A DNA stretch of 22,534 nt from Octopus sinensis. Taxonomy: Eukaryota. The translations under genes were made by a program, and so were the position numbers. The DNA lies in NCBI RefSeq assembly GCF_006345805.1, contig NW_021836910.1, positions 1-22,534 on the forward strand. Reading direction: 5' to 3'. Shown here piece after piece: positions 21,141 to 22,534 of this stretch (its first letter is position 1; every line of letters starts with the position of its first letter). The notes under the pieces are model-generated. The model was given only the letters and a program-made list of their open reading frames with translations, was not told the DNA's origin and searched no databases.

Positions 21141-21189
21141 ATATCGTACGTAAAATAGAATTTCTGTACTTTTCGTTTTATCTGTTTTA

Positions 21190-21483
21190 TTTATTTACTC
21201 TTTGCTCTTTTATTTGTTTCAGTCATTTGGCTGTGGCCATGCTGGATCACTGCCTGTAGTCGAGCGAATCGATCCCAAGACTTATTCCTTGTAAGCCTAG
21301 TACTTATTATATCGATTACTTTTGCCGAGCCGCTAAGTTACGGGGACGTAAACACACCACCATCGGTTGTCAAGCGATGTTGGGGGAACAAACACAGACA
21401 CACAAACACACACATACATACATATATATATATATATACATATATACGACGGGCTTCTTTCAGTTTCCGTCTGCCAAATCCAT
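21190..21483 (-). mobile_element. SINE family A lacking its head
   Basis: Tail tgtttcagtcatttggctgtggccatgctgg through gacgggcttctttcagtttccgtctgccaaatcc, then an abrupt break. Confidence 0.88.
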
Positions 21484-21485
21484 AT

Positions 21486-21639
21486 CGTCTGTCTTTACGT
21501 TCTGAGTTCAAATTCCGCTGAGATTGACTTTGCCTTTCATTATTTCGATCGATAAATTAAGTACCACTTGCGTACTGAGTCGATCTACTTGACTAGCCCG
21601 CTCCCCAAAATTTCGGGCCTCGTGCCTAGAGTAGAAAAG
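21486..21639 (+). mobile_element. SINE family B lacking its 5' end
   Basis: cgtctgtctttacgttctgagttcaaattccgc...gcctttcat...gataaattaagtacc...ccccaaaatttcgggcctcgtgcctagagtagaaaag. Confidence 0.88.
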
Positions 21640-21643
21640 TTAC

Positions 21644-21686
<43 letters not shown>

Positions 21687-21779
21687 AAAGATTACCGTAT
21701 AAGAAATTTAATGTAGGTATACTCAGTCGTCAATTCCAGGACGAGACCCGTACTCCCCCATTTATCTAAGAATCCATCG

Positions 21780-21900
21780 CTACGCTTCACCAACACCACC
21801 GCAGCCACCATCACCACACTACAACCACCATCATCACGATCACTCACTGCAGCAGTACAGTAGCAATTCCACCACCACCACTACCACCACCACCACCACC
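21780..21900. repeat. Degenerate (CAC)n tract
   Basis: Direct reading. Confidence 0.8.
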
Positions 21901-22229
21901 TTAGAAACCTCAGATAATTTTATCTTTTGTTGTTAAGAAATGCTTCAAATGGTCGAAATAACAAGCAGTTTACAAGATAAGGTCTACAACAAGACACCAG
22001 AAACACCCACCTACCTCTCTCTCTCTCTCTCTCTCCAGTTCCAGACAGCCCATCCTTCCTGTGGCCCCTTACCGAATTCTTTCCCTACTATCCTTTTCCT
22101 CTTCTACATCTTCTCCTTTACCCTCTAAACTAAAGAATTTAGTACCTTCTTAGTATTTAGGGTTTCATGGCGTAGTTGTTTCCTCTCAGCACAACCCACC
22201 TCTTGTTCCTACCTTATTTGTCTCCCTTG

Positions 22230-22534
22230 TTTCCTTCTTCTTCTTCTTCTTCTTCTTTTCTTCTTCTTCTTCTTCTTCTTCTTCTTCTTCTTCTTCTTCT
22301 TCTTCTTCTCTTCTTTTTTCTTCTTCTTCTTCTTCTTTTTGTTATTATTGTTCTTCTTTGTCATCGTCGTCGTTGTCTTCTCTTTCTTCCCTCCCCCTCA
22401 TCCTTCTACTCCCCGCCTTCTCCTCTTCCTTATCCTCCCCTTCCTCCTCTTACTCTCCTCCTCCGACGCCTTCTCTCCCTCTCATTTTACCCCCTTCCTC
22501 TTTCTCCTCCTCCTTCTTCTTTGTCTCTCCCGTA
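22230..22534. repeat. (TTC)n and polypyrimidine tract running to the window end
   Basis: Direct reading. Confidence 0.95.

Noticed and set aside
299-22128. Supplied ORFs (poly-Y/I/V/N/E, YIYI, CVCV, THTH, LSIY types) as protein-coding genes
   Set aside because: They are translations of microsatellites or of SINE/MITE DNA, overlap on both strands and contain no recognisable domain.
1-22534. CRISPR array, rRNA or prokaryotic operon features
   Set aside because: There are no regularly spaced repeats with unique spacers, no rRNA motifs, and the composition is that of metazoan repeat-rich DNA.

Overview
AT-rich eukaryotic non-coding DNA (intergenic or deep intronic) with no supportable host protein-coding exon. 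Almost every ORF in the supplied track is a translation of a microsatellite or of repeat DNA. The window is a mosaic of di-, tri- and tetranucleotide microsatellites and short interspersed repeats. The repeat content looks like an octopus (coleoid cephalopod) genome; this is recognition-based inference, not a database result. Supported elements: (i) at least four tRNA-derived SINE families, labelled here A (CORE-like, about 7 copies or fragments), B (MetaSINE-like central domain, about 10 copies or units), C and D (single copies with target-site duplications, TSDs); (ii) a frameshifted 3' relic of a restriction-like-endonuclease (RLE) non-LTR retrotransposon at 5385-6071, missed by the ORF track; (iii) a 220-bp TTAA-flanked piggyBac-type MITE; (iv) a hAT-like MITE remnant; (v) a ~320-bp fold-back element (17493-17814) with a near-canonical minimal type I hammerhead ribozyme motif at its apex (17605-17649), resembling Penelope-like element repeats. 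Item (v) is the most interesting signal. Boundaries of degraded repeats are approximate (about +/-10 nt).
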